Position numbers and translations under genes: made by a program
Notes under the pieces: model-generated
The model's database searches: none
What the model was told of the DNA's origin: nothing
Seen by the model: the letters and a program-made list of their open reading frames with translations, nothing else
Part shown: positions 1-9,596 of the stretch, piece after piece
Position numbering within the stretch: position 1 is the stretch's first letter
How the letters are laid out: each line of letters opens with the position of its first letter
Source of the DNA: a virus
Lineage: Duplodnaviria > Caudoviricetes
Virus record (IMG/VR): IMGVR_UViG_3300020042_005850
Span: 1 to 44,668 of that record
Reading direction: 5' to 3' (one strand)
Length of the DNA stretch: 44,668 nucleotides

Positions 1-120
1 TTTCGCAAATTGCCCAAGTGGGTTTTGCTTGTGCAATAATTCTGCGCATTTCCGGCCAGAGGTGGCGTGAATCATCTTGCGCTTTTTGGCTTCCGGCAAC
101 GCTAAAAGGCTGGCACGGGT
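1..120. repeat. Terminal direct repeat, left copy (assembly overlap of a circular contig)
   Basis: 1-120 is identical to 44549-44668. The methyltransferase ORF reads in frame across the join, giving a unique length of 44548 bp. Confidence 0.97.
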
Positions 121-325
121 AGCCACCGGTAATAATGTCAATTCCTGCAAAGTCTTCACCATTTAAAGTTTTAATGTCGTTGTGAATCGGTACGTCTTGG
201 AAATTATTAGCTAAAACTTTTTGGCAAAATGGGTCTATCTCACAGAACGCAACCGTTTCCATATTTGCCCATCTTGCAGCTAAAGCAAATCCGCCTATAC
301 CGCTGAATAAATCCAAGTGCTTCAT
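1..325 (-). CDS. C5-cytosine DNA methyltransferase, main chain, N-terminal part (continues at 44548-44121; 250 aa in total)
   Basis: Manual translation from ATG 325 gives MKHLDLFSGIGG (motif I, FxGxG), CEID (motif II) and GGYPCQPFSVAG (motif IV, catalytic PC). Confidence 0.95.
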   Translation of the reverse strand, partial: MKHLDLFSGIGGFALAARWANMETVAFCEIDPFCQKVLANNFQDVPIHNDIKTLNGEDFAGIDIITGGYPCQPFSVAGSQKAQDDSRHLWPEMRRIIAQAKPTWAICE

Positions 326-333
326 TGGCGCTC

Positions 334-418
334 ACTTAACAAGTCGTTGAAAATGGACGGTCTGCCCATTTGTGTTTTTAGCTAAATCTTCATGCCGCCT
401 TTTAACTCGGCGTTAGCT
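334..418 (+). mobile_element. attC site
   Basis: R'' ACTTAAC, 5 nt spacer, L'' GTTGAAAA ... L' TTTTAAC, 5 nt spacer, R' GTTAGCT. Confidence 0.9.
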
Positions 419-628
419 GTGTATTGAGAAATAAAAGTTAATCGCGGCATCGTTGTACTTTTCAGCACATTCGTAGGCTTTCTTGTCAGCTTCAATACTG
501 GCGTGCGAATTATGATCACATGCTACGCAACCTTTAGCCGGTGATTTCAAATCATCTTTGCATTTTTCAATCTTGGCCTGTAGCTCAAATTTAATTCTGT
601 AAAGCTCTTCCAAATACTTTTTGTTCAT
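413..628 (-). CDS. Cassette-borne hypothetical protein (71 aa, coiled-coil-like with CxxC)
   Basis: GGAGTG RBS upstream of the ATG; stop in R'. Confidence 0.8.
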   Translation of the reverse strand: MNKKYLEELYRIKFELQAKIEKCKDDLKSPAKGCVACDHNSHASIEADKKAYECAEKYNDAAINFYFSIHS

Positions 629-649
629 GTTTTCACTCCGTTAAGTTTC

Positions 650-718
650 ATCTAACAAATCGTTGCAGCGCGATGCGGCAAGAGTTGTCTAAATATTGTA
701 GGCCGCCATTAGTTAAAT
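650..718 (+). mobile_element. Partial attC site (left arm intact, right arm degenerate); array boundary
   Basis: ATCTAAC-AAATC-GTTGCAGC-GCGATGCGGC ... GCCGC, then no proper L' or spacer before GTTAAAT. Confidence 0.65.
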
Positions 719-734
719 TGTATTACCTAATGAT

Positions 735-3254
735 TTATTTCTGCAAGTGTACAACATTGTTTGTAGATTGTACAACACCTTTATTTTTATACACCACTGC
801 AACTTCACTTGGTGGTAAGTGTGAATACAAATGATGGTTACGTATTATCCACAACACTCCAATTTCGCTATTAACTGAGTAGTGACCCTGCATCATTTCT
901 TTCAGTAATGTAGTTAATCGGGACGCGGGTAGCGCATGTTTTATTTCACTGCAAAACATTAGGTCAGCATGGAATGCGGATGCTGTAATTAATACTGCGT
1001 TTATTTCGTTAAGCGTAACTACGTCATTAACCAAAGCACCGAGTTTATGGTTTATCAATGATTCAACAGTAAGCATTAATGGTGATTTACCACTGTCGAC
1101 AATACTACGTAAATAATCGGTCACTGGTGGCGGTAAGCCTGGATTAAATTTACTTATGTCCACTTTTGTGCGTAAGTGATTAATACATATATCAGCACCC
1201 CCATTGTCCATCCACGCCCAGTGATCAGTCCAGTACGCCTGCCACTCAGGTGTCATGTCACCACGCGCATTGCGCACGTTGAGATCGGTCCATAGCGCGA
1301 ATATCCGGCGCGACTGACCTTTTAACGATACCGGCAACAGTGAGTTAGTGGTCATGGTTACTGACACAATATTTCGTACACTCACTTTCTTTGCGAACTT
1401 TTCGTTAACACGCAGTCGATCTGGTGGCGCAGCTGCCAGTGGTTTCAACTTAGCAGAAACAGCCATCGCTTCTTGACGATCGCCCAACTCAGCTTCATTG
1501 ATATGCAGGTATTTCGTTGATAACAAATAATCATTGAAACCCTCTAAAAGCTCTTCAGCATTAATCATTGTATAGTCGCGACCCATTGCTTTAGTCAGTG
1601 GTGCTAGTAACCAATCCTTACCACAACCTTCTCCACTACCAAAGATGATCATATGGTTAATTTTAATATCAGGGTGTAATAACGTGAAAGCCATCCACTT
1701 CAAACAATGTTCTCGCTGTTCGCCACCCCACCCCAGTAAGTCAAAGTGGTTAAGCCACGGTGAAGCATCACCGTCGACGCCTATCACTTGGGCGCTGCTG
1801 GACCATGAATTGCCATACAAAATACCCTGTTCTTCAAAAATAGGAGGCTTCATAGGTGCAAAATCAAGCTTATCAACTTTGGATACTCTGCCGCCTTGAA
1901 GTGCTTCCTTACGTGCGTCTGAATCAAGGTGTGCGTACACGTTCTGGTATGCTTCCGCGCTGTACCACATTCGCTTTTTACGATCAAAAAATTGATTCTG
2001 CTCACCGACGTATATCGTGTCATCGAAAAAGTTAATACCGGCTTTATTATCGCTATACCATGTGGCACGTAGGTCTTTGAGTATTCGGTCAAACTCTCGT
2101 TTATCCCAGTTCATAATATCGCGCACTTGACTATGCCAGTTAATTTTCTGAATTTCAGGTAATGAGTCGATTGTCTTTAAAACGACAGTGGCGATATTTA
2201 CTGATTGAGTGCTGCCAGGTATCTCAGACCGCAGTTGTCGTATAGCGTCTGCGAGCGGGTCAGTAGCTAATATGGGTACTACGGGTGACTCGACCATTAT
2301 TGCGGGTGTTGCTAAATCAGCAAATGCACGACGCATTTGCCACCCGCTTAATACGGAACTAAACCCAGGTGAACTAACTTCGATGTGATCGAGCAGGTTA
2401 CGACCGGTTCTTTCTTGACACGCCCCGTGGTGACATTTAAAACCGATAGTACCGTCACCGTTGGTGAACACCGCTGAACCGCTGTCATCAGCATTAGTAT
2501 GCTCGTCAACCCACGGACAAGTAATATCAAACCTACCGTTACCGCGTACTTCCTTTACATGGATTAAATCAGAGATTTGTAATAACGGATGATCCGCGAT
2601 ATTACTGGCACCATCCACGCGTGACTCACGTCGTGCAGCATTTAAGTCAACGTGAAATGGCGACGCTAATTGTTCGAGAGTTACTGTATTAAACGGGTTC
2701 CACTGCAACATACGGCATTTGAACGGCGCACCATTGACCCACCGTGACGCTTTAGTATTATAACCATCAGGTAGTCGAACATACCGAGTGACACCTTTCA
2801 TCCCTGGGTCACGCCCCTCTGGAGCCAGACCATTGGATACCAAACCATCTAACAAATTTTCAGCTTTTGTACGATCCGTGCAGGGTGTACTCAGTATATA
2901 ACCCCATTGCTCGCTGCCACCGGATGTTTCGAGTACCCACGACGGCGAAGGTAATTTAGATACTTCCGCCATTGATAGTTTCTCACGTACATCATCAAGT
3001 ACAATGCAGTGAGTAGCACTGTACAACGACTTGCGACGACGTGCGTCACCGCGTTCGTCAGCTTTAAATGTCGATATAGTAAAATACTGGTTTGTGTCAT
3101 TACCAAAGCTGTATTGTCCAAAATAGTTGCCTCGCCATGCCATCAAGTGTTTACCAGGAGGTATAGCACCAGGGTCATCTTTGAAGTCAGTAACGTGTAC
3201 TATTGAAACGCTTGTGCCGAAAATCGCACTTAAAAATTCATAATTTGTTGGCAT
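735..3254 (-). CDS. Primase-helicase (RepB/AEP-like primase, Cys/His zinc region, DUF5906/SF3-like P-loop helicase)
   Basis: IVLDD, WVLETSGGSEQWGY and RYVRLPDG primase motifs; CPW..H..C.H..C; Walker A GSGEGCGKD; Walker B-like LHINE. Confidence 0.88.
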   Translation of the reverse strand: MPTNYEFLSAIFGTSVSIVHVTDFKDDPGAIPPGKHLMAWRGNYFGQYSFGNDTNQYFTISTFKADERGDARRRKSLYSATHCIVLDDVREKLSMAEVSKLPSPSWVLETSGGSEQWGYILSTPCTDRTKAENLLDGLVSNGLAPEGRDPGMKGVTRYVRLPDGYNTKASRWVNGAPFKCRMLQWNPFNTVTLEQLASPFHVDLNAARRESRVDGASNIADHPLLQISDLIHVKEVRGNGRFDITCPWVDEHTNADDSGSAVFTNGDGTIGFKCHHGACQERTGRNLLDHIEVSSPGFSSVLSGWQMRRAFADLATPAIMVESPVVPILATDPLADAIRQLRSEIPGSTQSVNIATVVLKTIDSLPEIQKINWHSQVRDIMNWDKREFDRILKDLRATWYSDNKAGINFFDDTIYVGEQNQFFDRKKRMWYSAEAYQNVYAHLDSDARKEALQGGRVSKVDKLDFAPMKPPIFEEQGILYGNSWSSSAQVIGVDGDASPWLNHFDLLGWGGEQREHCLKWMAFTLLHPDIKINHMIIFGSGEGCGKDWLLAPLTKAMGRDYTMINAEELLEGFNDYLLSTKYLHINEAELGDRQEAMAVSAKLKPLAAAPPDRLRVNEKFAKKVSVRNIVSVTMTTNSLLPVSLKGQSRRIFALWTDLNVRNARGDMTPEWQAYWTDHWAWMDNGGADICINHLRTKVDISKFNPGLPPPVTDYLRSIVDSGKSPLMLTVESLINHKLGALVNDVVTLNEINAVLITASAFHADLMFCSEIKHALPASRLTTLLKEMMQGHYSVNSEIGVLWIIRNHHLYSHLPPSEVAVVYKNKGVVQSTNNVVHLQK

Positions 3255-3294
3255 AGTTATTGCGAGCCTTTATACTAGTTATGTTTCAGTCTTT

Positions 3295-3322
3295 GCCGAT
3301 CCGTCGTGGTCGGCTTTTTTTT
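3295..3322 (+). terminator. Rho-independent terminator-like hairpin
   Basis: GCCGATC-6 nt-GGTCGGC followed by T8. Confidence 0.6.
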
Positions 3323-3364
3323 GTCTGTCAATTATACACATACAATTAATTGTTGCACAATTGT

Positions 3365-3393
3365 TTGACAATGTATAACCGAATAAATATACT
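3365..3393 (+). promoter_or_regulatory. Sigma70-type promoter for the replication operon
   Basis: TTGACA-17 nt-TATACT, overlapped by the inverted repeat AACCGAA-N9-TTCGGTT (3377-3399). Confidence 0.85.
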
Positions 3394-3427
3394 TCGGTTG
3401 CGGTATCAAATTAACTAGGGGAACCCA

Positions 3428-3652
3428 ATGTCTGAATCAATATTAGATGACCGACTCGACATGCGAATTAATAGTGCTGATAAATTAGCACTATTTAATA
3501 AATGTGCAGAGTTAAACGTGTCACATCAGATATTAATGCGTGAAATTATCCAAGCATTAATTGAAGATCGTTTAAAAATTGTAGTACCAAAATCACATGT
3601 GCAAAGAAGTAAACTGTACATTAAATCAAACCTTAAAGTTATAGGTAATTAA
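3428..3652 (+). CDS. Small DNA-binding protein, ribbon-helix-helix-like
   Basis: 74 aa; RLDMRI strand followed by two amphipathic helices; first gene after the promoter; GGGG RBS. Confidence 0.55.
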   Translation: MSESILDDRLDMRINSADKLALFNKCAELNVSHQILMREIIQALIEDRLKIVVPKSHVQRSKLYIKSNLKVIGN

Positions 3653-3653
3653 T

Positions 3654-4106
3654 ATGTCAATCGAAAATACACTTGAAAGAATTGCCGTGGCGCTTGAGCA
3701 AATATCTGTGTCAATGCGGTATGTTAAAACAGATGTCACCGTTAGCGGTACACCGAGTACCGCTACTGCCACACTAAAGGTTATAGAAGAACTACCCGGT
3801 GAACAGACGCCAGCTCCAGCTCCAGCTCCAGCTCCAGCTCCAGCTCCAGCTCCAGCTCCAGCTCCAGCTCCAGCTCCAGCTCCAGCTCCAGCTCCAGCTC
3901 CAGCTCCAGCTCCAGCTCCAGCTCCAGCTCCAGCCATGGGTGTAACTGAACTTAACGCTGCCCTTGTTGTCGCATCCACTCGCTTGGGTAATAACCGCGC
4001 ACCTATCGACGCTGTGCTTCGCAGTGAGCCATTCAATGTACAGTCGATCACAGACTTGCGTATTGACCAATATAACGATGTTCTTGCCGCAGTCAATGCG
4101 TTATGA
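3654..4106 (+). CDS. Hypothetical protein with a (Pro-Ala)21 linker
   Basis: MSIENTLERIAVALE N-terminal helix, PA repeat and small C-terminal domain; sits directly before DUF2800. Confidence 0.8.
   Translation: MSIENTLERIAVALEQISVSMRYVKTDVTVSGTPSTATATLKVIEELPGEQTPAPAPAPAPAPAPAPAPAPAPAPAPAPAPAPAPAPAPAPAPAMGVTELNAALVVASTRLGNNRAPIDAVLRSEPFNVQSITDLRIDQYNDVLAAVNAL
3810..3935 (+). repeat. Perfect hexamer tandem repeat (CCAGCT)20 + CCAGCC
   Basis: Read directly from the sequence. Confidence 0.97.
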
Positions 4107-5431
4107 GTCATGCAAGGTTAGGGCCATCGAATCACCGATGGCCACACTGCCCTGGCTCAGTACGTGAAGAAGCGTCATATCCCGACATAGCCGGTGACGC
4201 GGCTATCGACGGTACCGGCAGTCATACCCTACTTGAGTTGTGTTTAGTTAATGGTGTACGTGCTGACGCTTATGAGGGTCAGATCATTGGCGTAGGTCAT
4301 CACGATCAACCGATGGGGTGGATTGTCAATCAAGACCGCATTGATCGTGTACAAATGTGTCTCGATTACGTGACCCGTAGAGTAACTGAGCTACGTGATG
4401 AGTATCCAAATCACACTGTAAAAGTAGCTGCTGAAACTAAATCCGACCCGGGTGGTATGTTCGGTCGTGATGATTGGTGGGGTACTACTGACATCACGAT
4501 TACCGTATGTAATGACCATAATTATTATCCATTGATTGAAGTGTGTGATTATAAAGATGGTCGTGGATGGGTGCCTGCGAACGATAACACCCAGCTTATA
4601 AGTTATATGGCCGGTAAGGTACGACCAATCGTGAGTAGTGGTCCTCTAATGGTTAGACCATTTAATACGATTAAAGTTGGCATATGTAGAATGAGTATCG
4701 TCCAACCTAAGACTACACCAGTTGTACGTTATCAAGATGTTAGTGTGAGTTGGGTAATAGATCGCGCTGAAGAGTTATCACTCGCTGCATCACGCACGGA
4801 CGACCCTGTCGCACCATTGGTCAGTGGTAAACACTGTCAGTGGTGCAAGCACAAGAAAAACTGTACTGCTGAATCTGAGCAGTCGTTACAAGTAACCGGG
4901 GCGATTATGACAGACGTAACAGCAAGTGATGGTGTCAGCTTATTTGAACTGGTGAGCAATACGCTAGTTAACATGGGTGATTTAACTTCAGATCAATTAT
5001 CACAACTAGCCGACGCACGCGCGGGTATCGAAGCAGTGTTTGATAAAGTTGAATCTGAAATTCAACGACGTGTTGAAGCGGGTGAATTAGTACCAGGTTA
5101 TGCAATGGTGCCAGGTAGAAACTCGAATAAGTGGAATGTCGATGAAGAATCAATTGCTAAGATGTTAAAGGCTCGCAGGTTAACTAAGAATATAATTTAT
5201 CCGACATCGTTGATCTCACCGGCTCAAGTTTTAAAGCTAAAAGAATTAAACGATGAGCAAAAAGCTAAGATTCAAAAGGAATATATTTCAACAGTGTCGA
5301 GTGGTTCAAAACTGGGAAAGGTTGCCCGTGAATCTAAAAAACCAAACATTGAAAATATGTTTAATGAAGTTGTTGCACAATGTACAACTGATGCTGTAGA
5401 ATCAGTTCCTCAAGCAGTCTCATTCTTCTAA
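4103..5431 (+). CDS. DUF2800 family Cas4-like PD-(D/E)XK exonuclease
   Basis: HARLGPS..RWPHCPGS, GTTD, DYKDG, QL..Y and HCQWC.HK..C cysteine cluster. Confidence 0.85.
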   Translation: MSHARLGPSNHRWPHCPGSVREEASYPDIAGDAAIDGTGSHTLLELCLVNGVRADAYEGQIIGVGHHDQPMGWIVNQDRIDRVQMCLDYVTRRVTELRDEYPNHTVKVAAETKSDPGGMFGRDDWWGTTDITITVCNDHNYYPLIEVCDYKDGRGWVPANDNTQLISYMAGKVRPIVSSGPLMVRPFNTIKVGICRMSIVQPKTTPVVRYQDVSVSWVIDRAEELSLAASRTDDPVAPLVSGKHCQWCKHKKNCTAESEQSLQVTGAIMTDVTASDGVSLFELVSNTLVNMGDLTSDQLSQLADARAGIEAVFDKVESEIQRRVEAGELVPGYAMVPGRNSNKWNVDEESIAKMLKARRLTKNIIYPTSLISPAQVLKLKELNDEQKAKIQKEYISTVSSGSKLGKVARESKKPNIENMFNEVVAQCTTDAVESVPQAVSFF

Positions 5432-5443
5432 AAGGTAACAATC

Positions 5444-6175
5444 ATGCAAATCAAAGGTATTTTAAGTTTCCCAGCTTTGTTCCAAGCTAAAACACCAACT
5501 GGTTCAACTGAGGCTAAGTTTTCATGTGCAGTTCTCATCGCACCAAATGATCCTCAAATAGCAACTATCAATGCTGCTATTGAAATTTCGTCACGCGACA
5601 CGTTCCCATCAGGTTTTCCAAGCAAGGGTGATAAGTGTTTTAGTCAATACGATGAAAGATACCGTGGTAAAGAATACTATGATCCAAAGTTCAGCGGTTA
5701 CTGGGTGTTCTCATGCACTGCAAAAGAAGCTGACAAACCTGCTGTTGTAAACTCACAGCTTCAACCAGTCATGGACCCTGCAAAAGTGTTCCCAGGTGCA
5801 GTGGTGTGGGTGAACGCGGGTATCAGTGGTTACACCAAAGGTACTGGTGGTATAGGCGGCTGGTTGAATGGTGTAATGATTACAGATGAAGAACCACCAA
5901 TGGGTCGTTTAGATAACAAGCCGTCAGTGGAACAAATGTTTGCCAACGTGGGTACACCTCACCATGTAAGTGCAACCGGTGTCGTTGTTCACACACCACC
6001 ACCTGCACCCTTAGCACCACCACCTGCACCCTTAGCTGGCCCACAATACGTAATGACTGCCGCAGCAAACGGTATCACTCGTGACTCATACATCGCATCC
6101 GGCTGGTCAGACGCTTTGTTAATTCAACATGGTTACATGCTGCCACCAAACGGTGTTACACCATCCTTCAACTAA
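5444..6175 (+). CDS. DUF2815 family ssDNA-binding protein
   Basis: LSFPALFQAK and G.GGWLNGV motifs; position after DUF2800; Pro-rich tail with a 21-bp duplication near 5995-6036. Confidence 0.8.
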   Translation: MQIKGILSFPALFQAKTPTGSTEAKFSCAVLIAPNDPQIATINAAIEISSRDTFPSGFPSKGDKCFSQYDERYRGKEYYDPKFSGYWVFSCTAKEADKPAVVNSQLQPVMDPAKVFPGAVVWVNAGISGYTKGTGGIGGWLNGVMITDEEPPMGRLDNKPSVEQMFANVGTPHHVSATGVVVHTPPPAPLAPPPAPLAGPQYVMTAAANGITRDSYIASGWSDALLIQHGYMLPPNGVTPSFN

Positions 6176-6211
6176 TCATTCAAAGCCGCTCGAAAGGGCG
6201 GCGGAGCTAAA

Positions 6212-6793
6212 ATGAATCAAAATAAAATTATTGACCTCGATATAATTAACGACCTTGCGTTAAAAATCCATGTACAGAATGTGTTAGCAGGATGGTGGCC
6301 GGACCACTCTAACTTATTAACCAAAGTGCAGTTAGTCCTGACTGAAATCGCTGAAGCAACGGAAGGTGTACGCAAAGACTTAATGGACGATCACCTAACG
6401 CACCGCAAAATGGAAGAGGTCGAGTTGGCGGATACTCTAATTCGTGTTTTGGACATTGGTGGGTTTTGTGGTTTCGATTATGTAGGTAGCACTACTTTTG
6501 AAGACGTTGAAAATGAAGTGATTGCTAACTTGGATCACCCCGCCGCATTACATTTTATAATATCAGCACACGCTACCGCCTTCGGTTGCATTTTTACTAC
6601 AACTGTGGGTGTAGAAGAGTCACTCGAACGTCACAATGATTTATATAGTCGACTAATTGATATTATTCTCATCATAAGTAACATTCGCCAGTTTGATATC
6701 ATCACTGCAACTGAAGAAAAACTTGAATATAACAAACACCGCAACGATCATAAATTAGCTGTTCGTCAAGCTGAAGGTGGGAAGAAATTTTAA
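6212..6793 (+). CDS. MazG-like nucleotide pyrophosphohydrolase
   Basis: TEIAEATEGVRK and EEVELADTLIRVLD (ExxE...ExxD) motifs; EKLEYNKHR. Confidence 0.8.
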   Translation: MNQNKIIDLDIINDLALKIHVQNVLAGWWPDHSNLLTKVQLVLTEIAEATEGVRKDLMDDHLTHRKMEEVELADTLIRVLDIGGFCGFDYVGSTTFEDVENEVIANLDHPAALHFIISAHATAFGCIFTTTVGVEESLERHNDLYSRLIDIILIISNIRQFDIITATEEKLEYNKHRNDHKLAVRQAEGGKKF

Positions 6794-8811
6794 TGACTAC
6801 TGACTTCATATTCAACTTACCACCACAGTCAATGATCTGTTACGACATTGAGTCATACCCTAATGTGTTTACATTCACTGCTCGAAAAGGTGGTCGTAAG
6901 TGGGTGTTTGAAGTTAGTGAACGAAGAAATGACCTTGCACTTTTTATCTTGTTTATGGATACGTGCCGACAGTTAAACATTGAATGGGTGGGTTATAACA
7001 ACATTGGTTATGACTACCCAGTTTGCCATTACATTTATAAATCTCAGCGTGCCTCAATTGGCGCAGCTGAGATTTATTTAAAATCAATGTCGATTATTAA
7101 TGCAACTGATCAAGCACGCTTTTCAAATACAGTGTGGGAATCTGATTGGGTGGTGCCTCAAATTGATTTATATAAACTTCATCATTTCGATAACATGGCG
7201 AGGGCAACATCATTGAAGGTGTTGGAATTCAACATGGGAATGTTGAACATTGAAGAGGCACCGTTCCCATTTGGCACACCTGTAGCTATTGAACAGATAG
7301 ATTCATTACTCGCGTATAACGATCACGATGTTATAGCGACTGAAATGTTTCTTGAAAATTCGAGTAAACAAATTGACCTACGTCGCAAGCTTAGTGAAAA
7401 ATATAATACTAATTTTATTAATCACAACAGCACTAAAATCGGCAAAGATATTTTAATTACAGCATTAGAAAATGCATCACCAGGGTGTTGTTACAATTAC
7501 TCATCCGGTCGTAAACGAATGGTTCAAACTAAGCGTGACCAAATTGTCATTGCGGATATTATTTTTCCTTACGTACAGTTTAATCACCCTGAATTTAATC
7601 GTGTTCTAACATGGTTTAAAGCTCAAGTGCTGACTGAAACTAAGGGGTCAATTAAAGACGTAAATTGTAGTATAAATGGATTCCAATTTGACTTCGGTAC
7701 TGGCGGTATTCATGGGTCAGTTGATTCTCAAATTGTTAATGCTGGTAACGGTTTTAAAATAATCGATATTGACGTGAAAAGTTATTACCCGACACTGAGT
7801 ATTCGCAACAATGTTTATCCTGCGCATTTGAGTAGTGTGTGGTGTGAAATTTATGGTGGGATATTTAATACTCGCCAGAATGATTACCCTAAGAAAACAC
7901 ACCCTATTGAGAACGAGGCATTCAAGCTTGCACTCAACGGTGCATACGGTGATACTAACTCTGAATACTCACCACTGTACGATCCTCAGTACACCATGAC
8001 CATCACTATCAACGGTCAACTGTTGATCTGTATGCTCGCTGAAGCGCTCATGGCTGCGAGTAATCTAACTGTGGTTCAGGTTAATACTGACGGTATCACT
8101 GTTAAAATACCTAACCACCTTGAGCAGTGGGTCATGTCTGTGTGCAAGTGGTGGGAAAGTGTTACTAAGTTAGAACTAGAATATGCGAACTACTCACGCA
8201 TGTTTATTCGTGACGTGAATAATTATATTGCTGAGTACACCAATGGTGATTTAAAGCGCAAAGGTGCCTATGAATACGATATTGATTGGCACCAGAACCA
8301 CTCGGCACTTGTTGTACCTAAAGCGGCTGAAGCTGCACTGGTACATGGTGAAAACATTCGTGAGTTTATTATCAACCACAAAGATATTTTTGATTTCTTT
8401 TTATGCGCTAAAGTACCTCGTTCATCGCATCTTGAATATCGTGGTGAGAAGGTGGGTAACATCGCTCGGTATTACATAAGTCACGATAGTTCACCGTTAT
8501 TTAAAGTCATGCCATCCAAAGGTGTAGCAGGTGAATATAAACGCGCTAACAGTATTCCCGATCATATTTATAATCAAATAAAATCTGAAGTAGGTAGTGT
8601 ATGGGACGCCCGAATTAATACTAAAAATAAATCTGTGTATGATGCTGAAAATAGAACTGGTATTAATTCGGGTTGGTGTGTAACATTGTGCAACAATTTG
8701 AATATCCATACTGTGGATGATCTAAATATCGAATGGTACATCAAAGAAACTGAAAAACTTGTTTACTTACTGAAGGGTGAATCCGATGGGCGTGAGGGAA
8801 AACAAAGTTGA
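6793..8811 (+). CDS. DNA polymerase, family B-like, with 3'-5' exonuclease
   Basis: YDIE and GYNNIGYD (exonuclease); DVKSYYP (motif A); KLALNGAYG (motif B); NTDG (motif C). Confidence 0.92.
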   Translation: MTTDFIFNLPPQSMICYDIESYPNVFTFTARKGGRKWVFEVSERRNDLALFILFMDTCRQLNIEWVGYNNIGYDYPVCHYIYKSQRASIGAAEIYLKSMSIINATDQARFSNTVWESDWVVPQIDLYKLHHFDNMARATSLKVLEFNMGMLNIEEAPFPFGTPVAIEQIDSLLAYNDHDVIATEMFLENSSKQIDLRRKLSEKYNTNFINHNSTKIGKDILITALENASPGCCYNYSSGRKRMVQTKRDQIVIADIIFPYVQFNHPEFNRVLTWFKAQVLTETKGSIKDVNCSINGFQFDFGTGGIHGSVDSQIVNAGNGFKIIDIDVKSYYPTLSIRNNVYPAHLSSVWCEIYGGIFNTRQNDYPKKTHPIENEAFKLALNGAYGDTNSEYSPLYDPQYTMTITINGQLLICMLAEALMAASNLTVVQVNTDGITVKIPNHLEQWVMSVCKWWESVTKLELEYANYSRMFIRDVNNYIAEYTNGDLKRKGAYEYDIDWHQNHSALVVPKAAEAALVHGENIREFIINHKDIFDFFLCAKVPRSSHLEYRGEKVGNIARYYISHDSSPLFKVMPSKGVAGEYKRANSIPDHIYNQIKSEVGSVWDARINTKNKSVYDAENRTGINSGWCVTLCNNLNIHTVDDLNIEWYIKETEKLVYLLKGESDGREGKQS

Positions 8812-9085
8812 GAAATACCTCGACTCAGAAATAATAAAGTTAGGCGGAATTACGCGCAAGTGGGTATCACCAGGGCGAGACGGTGTGCCCGATCGCATTT
8901 GTTTATTACCTAGTGGTATTGTGTATTTTGTTGAAGTGAAAACAATAGACGGTTCAATTAGTGAAGTTCAAAAGCGTGAACAAAAACGAATAGCTGATAC
9001 TGGTGCATTTGTACGCACTGTCTTCGGCGAAGAAGAAGTTGACCAATTAATCAACTGTTTAAAATTAATACTGAGGCATTCATGA
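8786..9085 (+). CDS. VRR-NUC domain nuclease
   Basis: KWVSPGRDGVPDRI...FVEVK...Q motif. Confidence 0.88.
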   Translation: MGVRENKVEKYLDSEIIKLGGITRKWVSPGRDGVPDRICLLPSGIVYFVEVKTIDGSISEVQKREQKRIADTGAFVRTVFGEEEVDQLINCLKLILRHS

Positions 9086-9552
9086 AAATTCTAATTCTCG
9101 GACACGGTGGTCATGGTAAAGATACTTTCGCTGAAATGATTCAACGTAAGTGGGGTCTTACATTTCAGTCATCGAGTCGTGCTGCACTGGATGCAATCTA
9201 CCCACATCTTGTATCCACACTCGGTATCACCGATAAAGAAGAACTGTATCGCACCCGCAGTGAAAACCGTGGCTTATGGAAGGGTTTAATTACTGCTTAT
9301 AACACCCCCGATAAATCGCGCCTTGCTTGTAAGATTATTGAAACAAGTGATATGTATGTCGGAATGCGTTGTATTAATGAATACCAAGCAAGTAAACATT
9401 TATTTGATAAAGTATATTTTGTCGATGCAATGATTCGCTTGCCCACAGAATCAACGATGTCAATACCTTATCTACCATTAGAAATGGAATACATCTATAA
9501 CCACGGCCCCAAATCATTTTTACTAAACCAAGTTGCAGGGTTGGAGTTGTGA
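9082..9552 (+). CDS. P-loop nucleotide kinase (dNMP kinase-like)
   Basis: N-terminal ILILGHGGHGKD; GMR...E. Confidence 0.7.
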   Translation: MKILILGHGGHGKDTFAEMIQRKWGLTFQSSSRAALDAIYPHLVSTLGITDKEELYRTRSENRGLWKGLITAYNTPDKSRLACKIIETSDMYVGMRCINEYQASKHLFDKVYFVDAMIRLPTESTMSIPYLPLEMEYIYNHGPKSFLLNQVAGLEL

Positions 9553-9596
9553 ACAACTGTTTTAAAATGGATAGACCAACGGATACAACAACAACT

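Noticed and set aside
1-120. Biological terminal repeat of the virion DNA
   Set aside because: It falls in the middle of the methyltransferase gene and is best explained as an assembler overlap.
3626-4111. Minus-strand ORFs with (GA)n and (WS)n repeats
   Set aside because: Shadow frames of the CCAGCT repeat within the + strand gene.
4103-5431. Cas4 of a CRISPR system
   Set aside because: Context (DUF2815 SSB, polymerase) is the ordinary phage DUF2800 replication module; no other cas genes.
6186-6203. Terminator after the SSB gene (GCCGCTC-GAAA-GGGCGGC)
   Set aside because: Good hairpin but no U-tract, and it abuts the next RBS; more likely an mRNA stability or processing element, with too little support to call.
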